Below are positions 37,831 to 50,104 of a stretch of DNA of 64,000 bases, piece by piece. The position numbers and the translations under genes are program-made. How positions within the stretch are numbered: the first letter of the stretch is position 1; each line of letters starts with the position of its first letter. Under the pieces are notes generated by a model. It was not told the DNA's origin and searched no databases. It worked only from the letters and a program-made list of their open reading frames with translations. The stretch lies in the NCBI RefSeq assembly GCF_963921235.1, contig NC_086104.1, positions 90,396,001 to 90,460,000 of the forward strand. The letters run 5' to 3'. This stretch comes from Mobula hypostoma (lineage: Eukaryota).

Positions 37831-38939
37831 CTCACCCTCGGCAGTTTCTTTTATCTCCATTCTGTCAGTGACTCCATTGACAACAGCACATCGGAAATCA
37901 GAAACTACCCAAAATGACTAATAGGATTTCTCCAGCTGAATTTTCAACAACTGCACGCTAACCACTGGTAGAAGCTGAAGAACGTAGGAAAGTACAGCAC
38001 ACAGGCAGCCCCCTTCTGCCCACCATATCTATGCTGCCAATTTAATCTAGCCCATCTGCTGACACATGGTCCACATCCCCCTGTTCATGGGTCTGTCCAA
38101 ATGCCCCTTGAACAGCGGTTTCTACCAAGTTCCACGCACCCACCACTCTCCGTGTAAAACAACTTACCTTGCACACCTCCTTTAACTTCTCGCCCTTTCA
38201 CCTTAAAGCTCTTGACTTATTGAGCCAATAAGCAGAATGCGCTCGAGATAAGTGATGACAAACTGACCTGGAGGTAGCTCATGTTCAGGTATTTGCCACA
38301 TTGTTACTGAGGTCAGTCAGGTGTCGAGGTATGTGACACACTCTCTTCAGGTGTGAATATACCCAAATAAGCCTAGACTCAACAGTAGTGATGTCCCAGC
38401 TGATCACTAAAAAGTTATTCAACCACCTGTGAATGTTAAAAGCAGTCCTTCAGACACCCGAATTTTCTCCTCGTCAACTGTTCACAACCTTCTGGGCATT
38501 TCCATCCTGACCATGGCTGAAAGTGGGCCCTCACTGTCTAGGACATGCCTTCTTCTCAATACTGCCATCGGCTAGGAGTACAAAAACCTGAAGACCTACA
38601 CTCAAAGTTCTAGGAACAGCTCCTTTCCCTCAGCCATAACATTTCTGAATGGCCCATGAACACTGCCTCACTATTCATCTTTTTATTGTAACCTAAAGCG
38701 AGCTTTATGTCTTGCGCTGTACTGCTGCCCATCAAATTTCATAACATATGACAAAGATATTAAACCAGATTCTGACAGCTGAAAAAGCTTGATCTGGTAA
38801 TGATTACCTTCCATTAAGAAAACAGCAATGGAAAGTAACGGAAATGACTGGTGGTAAAATTATGATAAAGAACTAATGTGACACTAACCACCAGAAGGAC
38901 ATATGGTAAATCCTCAGACACAAGCCTCTAAGCTCAAAA

Positions 38940-39960
38940 CGAACATCAACAGTGCATCAGATAGCAGACATTCAGAAACTAGACAAAAACATTCATCAGG
39001 TACTGAAACATGCCCAGACTGAGCATCATCAAACACCAGCACATGGCTGAAACGATGGCCGAGATAGGTGTTCGACATCTCAAGGTGCTCCTACTAACAG
39101 ATGGTGAGACCATCAGATATGGGTAAACTGTCTGCTTATAAAATTACATCAGATAACCAAANNNNNNNNNNNNNNNNNNNNNNNNNNNNNNNNNNNNNNN
39201 NNNNNNNNNNNNNNNNNNNNNNNNNNNNNNNNNNNNNNNNNNNNNNNNNNNNNNNNNNNNNNNNNNNNNNNNNNNNNNNNNNNNNNNNNNNNNNNNNNNN
39301 NNNNNNNNNNNNNNNNNNNNNNNNNNNNNNNNNNNNNNNNNNNNNNNNNNNNNNNNNNNNNNNNNNNNNNNNNNNNNNNNNNNNNNNNNNNNNNNNNNNN
39401 NNNNNNNNNNNNNNNNNNNNNNNNNNNNNNNNCCCGAAAACTGTTCCTCCACCCGTAACTAACCATTATTAAAAATGCAACTGATGCCTGGTAACGCACA
39501 AGCCAACTTAAATATTCCCAAACTTATTGTTAGTTACTGATCAAACATGTAAGACTCAATTGCAGTTAATATTGTCCAACTGAATACACACAAACTGATC
39601 ACAGATAACAGCAAGGCAAATATCTAAAGCAGGGGTAACAGTGGGAAATACTCAAACATGTGAACTGATCACAGACAACAGTGTCAAATACCTGAATGTA
39701 CAGGAACTGATCAACACCTGAACCAAACTGGTAACTGTATCAATGTGTTAATGCTCTCAAACTGCAACAAAGGCAAATCACTCACAAAGTGACCTGACCA
39801 CTAGATAGTAACACACATGCAAACTGACCAAAAGTGACCACACAAGAGGGACAAGGATGATCCAGAGTGGCAGTCAAAAATGATGCATCAAATGCTTTGA
39901 GCCTCTGCAAACTGACCATCTGATAAGAACTCTGCCTGAAAAGGTGCCCATCACTGACCA
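38940..39960. repeat. Degenerate tandem repeat (aaactgatcacagataacag-like units) around the gap
   Basis: Recurring aactga(t/c)ca, cagataac and aaca(t/c)g motifs at roughly 40-60 bp spacing. Confidence 0.45.
39162..39432. other. Assembly gap (271 N)
   Basis: Run of n. Confidence 1.
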
Positions 39961-40999
39961 CATTTAAAAATCACTTTGATGACTACTTCAAACGTCCTAA
40001 TTTCAAGGACAGGGAAACAGTTATTAAACCAATCCACTTTTGCTCACTGTGGATAAGACACTATGAGTGGCCTCTTCCAATGCTGTAAATTCTGGTGAAA
40101 GTGGGATATGCCAACAGTAACACAGACCCTGAAACACACCTGGTCAGCAGGACGAGGAAGAGATATCCAAGTGAACTTTCACTAAACAGGCCACTGGATA
40201 TCAGAATACACTCAATGGCCATTACTGTATCTCCACCGCCAGAGAAGCATATTGGCTATACACGACAAGTGTGTTCTCTCAGGTGAATGTAAAATATCCA
40301 TAACACAACCCTGCATTCCCGCCAATATTTACCCCTCAGATCAACCTGAACACGTTCGGCTCGTGACAGCAGTACGACAGGTGCACGAACGCACTGAATC
40401 TATTAATAACCATGTATTCGAAAACGAAACACACTGCGGCCGGCTGCATCAGGCCCATGAATACCTGAACAGTCTGGAACAATGGTATTAGAATATTATT
40501 GTCAAATGTACATTGAAAGACTTCTGTTTCGTCTGCCGTGCAGGCAGATCACGCCATCATACACATCTACATCGAGGTAGCAAAAAGAAGACAGGGTGCA
40601 GCGTATTAGACAGCGATAACAAACTTGATTCTGATCCTAGCGTTCAGGGTGCAGGATGTATCAGGTACCTAGCGTGCTCAAACTTTGCACTTCAGCGCCT
40701 AGAGATTATTGACGATGCTTAACTGAACTGTGTTAACAGTTCACTAGTTATCTCATCACCACTTGAACTGATGGGAGCCACACTATCCCATATTAGAGTG
40801 AGCTGAAAACTGACCTCTGGAAAGCGATAGAATTTCACCCTTTCTCAAAAAAAACTGGAGTGATTAACGATGGGAAATGACAAGTGAGATGGGAAACGGC
40901 GTGGAGGTGGATTCTGGAGATTACCTTGGAGAATTTCTAGTTTCCTGACTCAATTTCCTTTGATTTGTTTATCCTCCTACAGAAGTCTCTGCACAACCG

Positions 41000-41960
41000 A
41001 AGCTTCCTAGATGGCAAGTCGCCCCCCACCCCACCCCACCCCTCCCCCAGCACAACTCACCAACATTCCCATTACGTCGCTCCAGAGCGTGCAGAAGGCT
41101 TCGGGCAAGTCGGCCGAGGGGGACCGGGGCTCGCAGACAGCAGCCGTGTCTTCCTCCATGGCCCGCCGATCGCCAGCAGCTTGCGGCCGAGGTTCCCGTG
41201 GGGCGCAGTTAGTTTGACCAGATCACGCCCCTCCGAAGCTGCTTGCCATTCCTCGCTCAAAGCCAGCTGGTTTCCCCCCCCCCAAGGGTGCTGGGAGTGT
41301 GCAGATGCTGGAGGGGACCGAGGGTGGGTAGGCCGTATTCCACGGCTTTAGAGACCACGCCGCCCTTCCTGCAGCCTCTGTGTTGCCGTGGGGCGCCGGC
41401 CCGAACGCCTGTCACTTCTGCCGCAAGCCTTCTCCCAAAGTTTGTTCAGCACTTGGCCAGATGTCTGGCAGAGTCCAATCCAGGCGAAAACAAAAGGAGA
41501 GGGGTGGGACCGATAAATTTTCGCCGACCTGTGACCGAAGATGAGCTCAAACCCGGTAGGGTTCTGCTTGGCTGGGTGGATCCACCAACAACTTTACTTC
41601 CAAGAACGCTGTTTGGCTGAAGCGCGGGTTAGGAGAGGTGGCCGGCCGTGCTTACAGATCCATGGACAACCCCGGCTGCAAGTCGGAATGAGCTCCTCCG
41701 CCCCTCCGACATCGGCGCCCGCCTACAAAAGCCCCTCTGATGTCAGACGCAGATGAAGAACAATCGGAGTGTGTGCAAAGCGCCGGATCTGTTTGGCCGG
41801 CTATTAATGGGGCTCATTTACTCGCGGCAACAACATCCCCAACAAAATTGTTGCTACCCAGAGCCCGACCGGGCGCCCCGAGCTGGGAGACCCGGACGCA
41901 CAGCAGGAAGATCACGGGCGCAACTCATCCGTTTAATCCCCTCTGCAGATTTTGGAAATG
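41000..41960 (-). promoter_or_regulatory. CpG island / promoter and 5' UTR of the SASH1-like gene
   Basis: Abrupt rise in GC and CpG density in an otherwise CpG-poor window. It contains coding exon 1 and a GC box (ccgcccc, 41698-41704). Exact TSS unknown. Confidence 0.8.
41061..41159 (-). CDS. SASH1: SASH1-like gene, coding exon 1 (MEEDTAAVCEPRSPSADLPEAFCTLWSDVMGML)
   Basis: ATG in strong Kozak context (gggccATGG) inside a CpG island, with a phase-0 donor TTG|gtgagt. EAFCTLWSDVMGML matches the recalled human SASH1 exon-1 end EAFSRLWTDVMGIL. Paralog identity (SASH1 vs a long SAMSN1/SASH3 form) is not resolved. Confidence 0.9.
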
Positions 41961-42179
41961 ACGATCCGGGGAAGGCGAAGGAATCCACTAAATTAGACAG
42001 AGAACCTGTTTCTTCTGGCAGAAGCAGGAGACGCAGATTTGAGATAACTGGCACAAAGAAACCAGGAGGGAGGTGACGAGATTTCCCCATTTGGTAGCAA
42101 GTTGCGATCTGGAATGTGCCAACAAAGTTTACATGTTGACTTTCAAAAGCGAAATCGAACATTATTGAAAAGTAAACAA

Positions 42180-42360
42180 AAATGCGAACAACACAAAGTG
42201 CTGGAGGGTCAGGCAGCGTGGGGGGAGGGGATGGACAGTCGACGTTTTGGGTCGAGACACTTCATCTGGATTGGGCATTATCCCCACGGACACTGCCTGA
42301 CCTGCTGAGTTCCTCCTACCCTTTCTTTGTGCGTTGCTCCAGATTCCACCACCTGCGGTC
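42180..42360. mobile_element. Degenerate fold-back Penelope-derived element
   Basis: Arm cagtcgacgttttgggtcgagacacttcatctgg retains the GTC triplet on the minus strand; opposite arm ctgcctgacctgctgagttcctcc. Confidence 0.65.
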
Positions 42361-42526
42361 GAAAAATGCAATGCTATGGGACAAAAACTTTGCACCGGCA
42401 TGATCGGTGTCCGCGGAAGTGTCGTTCTCACACATTTCACTTTACCGTTAAAACTGATGCCGACGAATAAGTAATATAGTTAAATCATCAAAGTTCAAAG
42501 TAAATTTAATATTATGCATTTGCCAC

Positions 42527-42765
42527 TATTTGGAGGGTACGACCCAGATCTGGGCCGTACCCTCCAAATATCCGGACCTGCCTCTTGGTTTTTTGCACTA
42601 CCTTACTTTCCCATTTCTATTTTCTATTTATGATTTATAATTTAAATGTTTAATATTTACTATCGATTTATAATCCAGGGAGCGCGAAGCACGGAATCAA
42701 TTATCGCTGTGATGATTGTACGTTCTGGTATCAATTGTTTGGCGACAGTAAAGTATAAAGTATAT
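42527..42765 (+). mobile_element. Short LINE 3' end with a 44-bp palindrome at its 5' junction
   Basis: (taaagta)n tail; palindrome at 42527-42570. Confidence 0.55.
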
Positions 42766-43276
42766 GCTACCCCGAGATTCATTTTCTTGAGGGCATTCAC
42801 AGTAGAACTGACAAGTAAAATAGAATCAATGAAAAACTACAAAGACTGACAACTATTGTGCAAAAGACAACAGACTGTATATAGACAGAGAAGGCTGTGG
42901 AATCCGTTCAGAGTTGTGGTGAGTGAAGTTATCCCCACTGGTTCAGGAGCCTGATGGTTGAAGAGTAATAACTGTTCCTTTATCAATTTGCTCCTGTGGA
43001 AGTTAATCACTCACTAAATAACCTTTCAATATGCATTATCTTCAATTTCGTTAAATATCCCGCCACTATCACAACTTAAGTAATCAAAAGTGGAAAGTGA
43101 CACTACTTTCCCCCAAATGCCCCTATTCTTCCTTATATATTGTAGTTTTAAATTTATTCCCTATAATTTATTCAGAATCAAGTCACTTTTTATTGTCATT
43201 TCGACCATAACTGCTGGTACAGTACACAGGAAAAACGAGCCAATGTTTTTCAGGACCATGGTGCTACATGAACAAT

Positions 43277-46200
43277 AGCCTGGACATAGGGTGCAAGTTG
43301 AATCATGAGTTAAAATTGGCATGTCGCAAAGGTAATGCTATGGTTGTTATGGGGGATTTTAACATGCAGGTTGACTGGTACTGGACCCCAAGAAAGGGAG
43401 TTTGTGGAGTGCCTCCGAGATGGATTCTTAGAGCAGTTTGTGCTGGAACCTACCAGGGAGAAGGCAATTCTGGATTTAGTGTTGTGTAATGAACCGGATT
43501 TGATAAGGGAACTTGAGGTAAAGGAGCCATTAGGAGGTACTGACCATAATATGATAAATTTTAATCTACAATTTGAGAGAGAGAGAAGGGAAAATCGGAA
43601 GTGTCAGTATTGCAGTTGATCAAAGGGGACTATGGAGCCATGAGGGAGGAGCTGGCCAAAGTTGACTGGAAAGATTCTCTAGCAGGGATGACAGTGGAAC
43701 AACAATGGCAGGTATTTCTGGGAATTATACAGAAGGTGCAGGATCAGTTCATTCCAAAGAGGAAGAAAGATTCTAAGGGGAGTAAGGGGCGACCGTGGCT
43801 GACAAGGGAAGTCAAGGACGGTATAAAAACAAAAGAGAAGAAGTATAACATAGCAAAGATGAGCAGGAAGCCAGAGGATTGGGAAACTTTTAAAGAGCAA
43901 CAGAGGATAACTAAAAAGGCAATATGGGGAGAAAAGATGAGATACGAAGGCAAGCTAGCCAGGAATATAAAGGAGGATAGTAAAAGCTTCTTTAGGTATG
44001 AGAAGAGGAAAAAATTAGTTAAGACCAAAGTTGGGCCCTTGAAGACAGAAACAGGTGAATTTATTATGGGGAACAAGGAAATGGTAGACAAGTTGAACAA
44101 GTACTTTGGATCTGTCTTCACTAGGGAAAACAAACAATCTCCCAGATGTGATAGTGGCCAGAGGACCCAGGGTAATGGAAGAACTGAAGGAGATTCACAT
44201 TAGGCAGAAAATGGTGTTGGATAGACTGATGGGACTGAAGGCTGATAAATCCCCAGGGCCTGACGGTTTGCACCCCAGGGTACTTAAGGAGGTGGCTCTA
44301 GAAATCATGGACGCATTAGGAATTATTTTCCAATGTTCTATAGATTCAGGATCAGTTTCTGAGGACTGGAGGGTAGCTAATGTTATCCCACTTTTTAAGA
44401 AAGGAGGGAGACAGAAAACAGGCAATTATGGACAATAGACAATAGGGGCAGGAGTAGGCCATTTGGCCCTTTGAGCCAGCACCACCATTCACTGTGATCA
44501 TGGCTGATCATCCACAATCAGTATCCAGTTCCTGCCTTATCCCCATAACCTTTGATTCGGCTATCTTTAAGTGCTCTATCCATCTCTTTCTTGAAAGCAT
44601 CCAGAGACTTGGCCTCCACAGCCTTCTGCGGCAGAGCATTCCACATATCCACCATTCTCTGGGTGAAAAAGTTTTTCCTCAACTCTGTTCTAAATGGCCT
44701 ACCGTTCTTAAACTGTGGCCTCCGGTTTTGGACTCACCCATCAGCGGGAACATGCTTCCAGCCTCCAGTGTGTCCAATCCCTTAATAATCTTATATGTTT
44801 CAATAAGATCCCCTCTCAGCCTTCTAAATTCCAGAGTATACAAGCCCAGTCGCTCCAATCTTTCAACATATGACTGTCCCTCCATCCCGGGAATTAACCT
44901 TGTGAACCTATGCTGCACTCCCTCAACAGCAAGAATGTCCTTCCTCAAATTTGGAAACCAAAATTGCACACAGTACTCCAGGTGTGGTCTCACCAGGGCC
45001 CTGTACAGCTGCAGAAGGACCTCTTTGCTCTTATACTCAACTCCCCTTGTTATGAAGGCCAGCATGCCATTAGCTTTTTTCACTGCCTGCTGTACTTGCA
45101 CACTTGCTTTCAGTGACTGATGTACAAGAACACCTAGATCTCGTTGTGCTTCCCCTTTTCCTAACTTGACTCCATTTAGATAATAATCTGCCTTCCCGTT
45201 CTTACCACCAAAGTGGATAACCTCACATTTATCCACACTAAACTGCATCTGCCATGCATCCGCCCACTCACCCAGCCTGTCCAAGTCACCTTGCATTCTC
45301 ATAACATCCTCCTCACATTTCACACTACCACCCAACTTTGTGTCATCGGCAAATTTGCTAATGTTACTTTTAATTCCCTCATCTAAATCATTAATATATA
45401 TTGTAAACAGCTGTGGTCCCAGCACTGAACCCTGTGGTACCCCACTGGTCACTGCCTGCCATTCCAAAGGGGACCCGTTAATCGCTACTCTTTGTTTTCT
45501 GTCAGCCAGCCAATTTTCAATCCATGTCAGTACTCTGCCCCCAATACCATGTGCCCTAATTTTGCCCACTAATCTCCTATGTGGGACTTTATCAAAGGCT
45601 TTCTGAAAGTCCAGGTACACTACATCCACTGGCTCTCCCTTGTCCATTTTCATAGTTACATCGTCAAAAAATTCCAGGAGATTAGCCAAGCACGATTTCC
45701 CCTTTGTAATTCCATGCTGACTCGGACCAATCCTGTTACTGCTATCCAGATGTGTCGTAATTTCATCTTTTATAATTGACTCCAGCATCTTTCCCACCAC
45801 CGACATCAGGCTAACTGGTCTATAATTCCCTGTTTTCTCTCTTCCTCCCTTCTTGAAGAGAGGGACAACATTAGCCACCCTCCAATCCACAGGAACTGAT
45901 CCTGAATCTATAGAACATGGGAAAATGATTACCAATGCATCCACGATTTCTAAAGCCACCTCCAACAGCCTATCCAACACCATTTCCTGCCTAATGTAAA
46001 TTTCCTTCAATTATAGACCAGTTCACCTGACATCAGTGGTGGGGAAGATGCTGGAGTCAATTATAAAAAAATGAAATAGCAGAATATTTGGATAGCAGTA
46101 ACAGGATCGGTCCGAGTCAACATGGATTTATGAAGGGGAAATCGTGCTTGAATAATCTTCTGGAATTTTTTGAGGATGTAACTATGAAAATGGACAAGGG

Positions 46201-47400
46201 AGAGCCAGTGGATGTAGTGTACCTGGACTTTCAGAAAGCCTTTGGCAAGGTCCCACATAAGAGATTAGTGGGCAAAATTAGAGCACATGGTATTGGGGGT
46301 AAGGTACTGACATGGATAAAAAATTGGTTGGCAGACAGGAAACAAAGAGTAGGGACTAACGGGTCCCTTTCAGACTGGCAGGCAGTTACTAGTGGGGTAC
46401 CGCAAGGCTCGGTGCTGGGACCACAGCTTTTTACAATATACATTAATGATTTAGATGAAGGGATTAAAAGTAACATTAGCAAATTTGCAGATGACACAAA
46501 GCTGGGTGGCAGTGTGAAATGTGAGGAGGATGTTGAGATAATGCAGGATGACTTGGACAGGTTGGGTGAGTGGGCAGACGCAGTTTAATGTGGATAAATG
46601 TGAGGTCATCCACTTTGGTGGCAAGAACAGGAAGGGAGATTACTATCTTAATGTGTTAAGTTAGGAAATGGAGAGGTACAATGAGATCTGGGTGTCCTTG
46701 TTCATCAGTCACTGAAAGTAAGCATGCAGGTACAGCAGGCAGTGAAGAAAGCTAATGGTATGTTGGCCTTCATAACAAGGGGAGTTGAGTATAGGAGCAA
46801 AGAGGTTCTTCTGCAGCTGTACAGGGCCCTGGTGAGACCACACCTGGAATATTGTGTACAGTTTTGGTCTCCAAATTTGAGGAAGGACATTCTTGCTATT
46901 GAGGGAGTGCAGCAGAGGTTCATGAGGTTAATTCCTGGGATGGCGGGACTGTCATATATCGAAAGATTGGAGCGACTGGGCTTGTATACACTGGAATTTA
47001 GAAGGCTGAGAGGGGATCTGATTGAAACATATAAGATTATTAAGGGATTGGACACGCTAGAGGCGGGAAACATGTTCCCGATGTTGGGGGAGTCCAGAAC
47101 CAGAGGCCACAATTTGAGAATAAGGGGTAGGCCATTTAAAATGGAGTTGAGGAAAAACTTTTTCACCCAGAGAGTTGTGGATCTGAGGAATGCTCTGCCT
47201 CAGATGGCAGTGGAGGCCAATTCTCCGGATGCTTTCAAGAAAGAGTTAAATAGAGCTCTTAACGACGGTGGAGTCAAGGGATATGGGGAGAAGGCAGAAC
47301 GGGGTACTGATTGTGGATGATCAGCCATGATCACAGTGAATGGCGGTGCTGGCTCGCAGGGCCGAATGGCCTACTCCTGCACCTAGTGACTATTGTCTAT
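43277..47400 (+). mobile_element. CR1 LINE (APE endonuclease end plus RT, frameshifted) hosting an antisense CR1
   Basis: MGDFN, ILDLVL, GTDHN, KSPGPDGLHPRVLKE, then after the insert [16 protein letters not shown]; 3' tail at about 47400. Confidence 0.95.
44434..46007 (-). mobile_element. Nested 5'-truncated CR1 LINE; RT ORF 44679-46010 (443 aa)
   Basis: Complete RT motifs. Flanked by a caattat(g/a)gac duplication (44423-44433 and 46008-46018). Confidence 0.95.
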
Positions 47401-48984
47401 TAATACAAAAACTGCGCTGAACTACGTAAAACAACACAAAACTACACTAGACTACAGACCTACCCAGGACTGCATAAAGTGCACAAAACAGTGTAGGCAT
47501 TACAATAAATAATAAACAAGACAATAGGCACAGTAGAGGGCGGTAGGTTGGTGTCAGTCCAGGCTCTGGGTGTTGAGGAGTCTGATGGCTTGGGGGAAGA
47601 AACTGTTACATAGTCTGGTTGTGAGAGCCTGAATACTTCGGTGCCTTTTGCCAGATGGCAGGAGGGAGAAGAATTTGTATGAGGGGTGTGTGGGGGTCCT
47701 TCATAATGCTGTGTGCTTTATGGATGCAACGTGATCTTCATCATTGAAAAGGGATTGTACCAATCTCACCATTTTGTTTGAATGTAACTTGTATGTTTAC
47801 ACACCTGTAAACCTCCTACTTAATACCAAAATAAAGTGGTAGAAAAACCTGAACAAAGGTCATTAAAATCCTTCTGTACTGTGACTGGATTTAAAGGAAT
47901 AGGCACCAAACAAGAACAAGCTATGACATTTTTTATACAAGTATGCTTTTTTTAAAAATAAAGTCAGCACATTTAAAATATCAAAAGGCAGCTTCTTGAA
48001 AAGACATGCCCACATAATGGTGCACCTGTCTGTACAGTAACGCTCACCCTAATTGTCTCACTCTCAAAGTGAATAAACAGGCAGGGCCACTTCAAGGTTA
48101 AACTCCAACAGCACCTGAAGTTAACCCAACAAGAAACTAAAAACAAATCCAAAGTATGTTTGAAGAACATATGGCAAGTATAAAGTAGAACATGAAAAGT
48201 AAACTTATGGAGTTTACCAAACAGTGCTTTGAAGATTTACAGCCAGTCGAACTGACAGGTTTTCAGCTCACTGCAGGCAGACTTACCATATGAAGCATTT
48301 GACACGGGTAGAATGTGGTGTCAGCCCTCCTCTGAGTGGCAAAAAATAGTGCGTGCACCTGCAATCCCTTCTGGCCTGGGTTAGAGGTCCATTTCATGCA
48401 ATTCCAGATAGGTCACTGAAGGGGGGCTCATTCCCAGCAGTAGAAACAAATCCAGAACGATTCACAATCAAAACACTCTCAAAATAACTCCCGTCCTTCC
48501 CAGTTTCCTGATATGTGTGTTTTCTTCCACCTGACAAGTTGTGCTTCTGGGTGCTATCTCGCGTTTCCCTTTCCAGAACACCCTTCCTTTTCTGGGGCCA
48601 AATGTCACTTCCACCCCAGCCCCTTGTGATGCCAGCGGGAGCCGTCGCTATCAACAACCCGCAGCTGAAAGGTGACACCGCGATGGCAAGAAGCTCACCT
48701 CCCAACCCTGCAGCAAAAGGCGGCTCCACACCTACCATACAAAAGAAACTCTGTTCGAGCCCACAGCTTCTTTCAGTCTCTCTCTCTCTGTCCTTACAAT
48801 ACCACTCAAAGTCAGTACAAGCTTATAACAGCTCCATTATTTGATCTTGTATGATTATGTAACACTGCCAGCTCAGAAATACACTATTCAGCCCCGTTGT
48901 ATATGTGCAACCCAAGACACCTCACTTTCCTTTCTTGATCAAATTCTATCATCTACAACTACTTATGTCACATCTTAAACCTAC

Positions 48985-49292
48985 TTATAGGCATCCGTTA
49001 GTCTCATGAGACCATGGATTTGCGCCTTGGAAAGTTTCCAGGGCGCAGGCCTGGGCAAGGTTGCATGGAAGACCAGCAGTTGCCCATGCTGCAAGTCTCC
49101 CTTCTCCACGCCACCGATGTTGTCCAAGAGAAGGGCATTAGGACCCATACAGCTTGGCACCAGTGTCATCGCAGAGCAATGTGTGGTTAAGTGCCTTGTT
49201 CAAGGACACACACACTACCTCAGCCAAGGCTCGAACTAGCGACCTTCAGATCACTAGACGAACACCTTAACCACTTGGCCACACGCCAACAC
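48985..49292 (-). mobile_element. tRNA-derived CORE-type SINE with RTE-like tail
   Basis: A box TGGCCAAGTGG, B box AGTTCGAGCC and CORE-like tgtgtccttgaacaaggcacttaacc. Confidence 0.8.
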
Positions 49293-49419
49293 TCAAACCA
49301 CTATAAGTAGTTATATACTTAAAAGTGTGCATATAAGTTGAATATATTGCAAGTTTTCTATTTATGCAGCAAAGCACCTCAAGACACCTCTCTGGAGAGA
49401 TAACAAATATATTGAATAG

Positions 49420-49615
49420 AGGCACATACAGACATATTAGGGCAGTGGGTATATTTAAAGCAGAGGTTGATGGGCTCTTGATTAGTAAGGGCATCAAAGT
49501 TCATATGGAGAATGCAGAGAATGGGGCTGAGAGGCTTAATAAATCAGGCACGAGATGTGGCGGAACAGACTTGATGGGCCGAGTGGCGTAATTCTGCTCC
49601 TATGCCTTATGGTTA
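49420..49615 (+). mobile_element. CR1 3' end fragment
   Basis: atttaaagcagaggttgat...gatgggccgagtggcgtaattctgctcct. Confidence 0.8.
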
Positions 49616-50104
49616 ATGAAGCAACATCACAAAAGAGCTCGAGAGGCAGAATGGTTTGGAAGGAAATTCCACTGCTCTGGACCTTAGCAGCTGAGGATAC
49701 AGCTGTCAATGGAGGAACGATTAAAATCAGGGACAATGAAGAGACCAGAAATAGTAATTCGCCTCCCTCTTATACTTAACCAGTTACCCAATATATCTTT
49801 TCCAATTAGATTAACCACTTCATGTATCAGCATATTTCACTTTTTGCCCACCAACTTGGTCCTGTAAGATGTTCTGAGAGTAATGCTATTGGTTGGTGCT
49901 TGAGATTAAAATGTTGGTGTTCTATATTGCACACTTGGTCTACAATGCAGTGGGTATAAAGCAGAGGAGCAAAAAATGAGGGCTTTAGAAAAACACTTTA
50001 ACCCTCAAACTGCCATTCACCCAACTATCAATCAAATGCTCCTTTAAATCTAGTTCCATACATGTGCCTTTCTCTGTATGTTCAGCTGCCACTGAAAACT
50101 TACT

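Larger units (their letters stand above)
43170..47735 (-). mobile_element. Rex1-like LINE 3' end split by the CR1 nest (pieces 43170-43276 and 47401-47735)
   Basis: Tail cagaatcaagtcactttttattgtc. The right piece encodes LLPSGKRHRSIQALTTRLCNSFFPQAIRLLN on the minus strand. Confidence 0.7.

Noticed and set aside
39101-39499. ORFs spanning the N run
   Set aside because: Artefacts of the assembly gap.
40965-42162. Cluster of 60-128 aa ORFs over the CpG island
   Set aside because: Expected from stop-codon scarcity in GC-rich DNA; the supported coding segment is 41061-41159 on the minus strand.
49215-49292. tRNA-like sequence on the minus strand
   Set aside because: It is the head of a SINE (followed by a CORE-like body and LINE tail); no complete cloverleaf.
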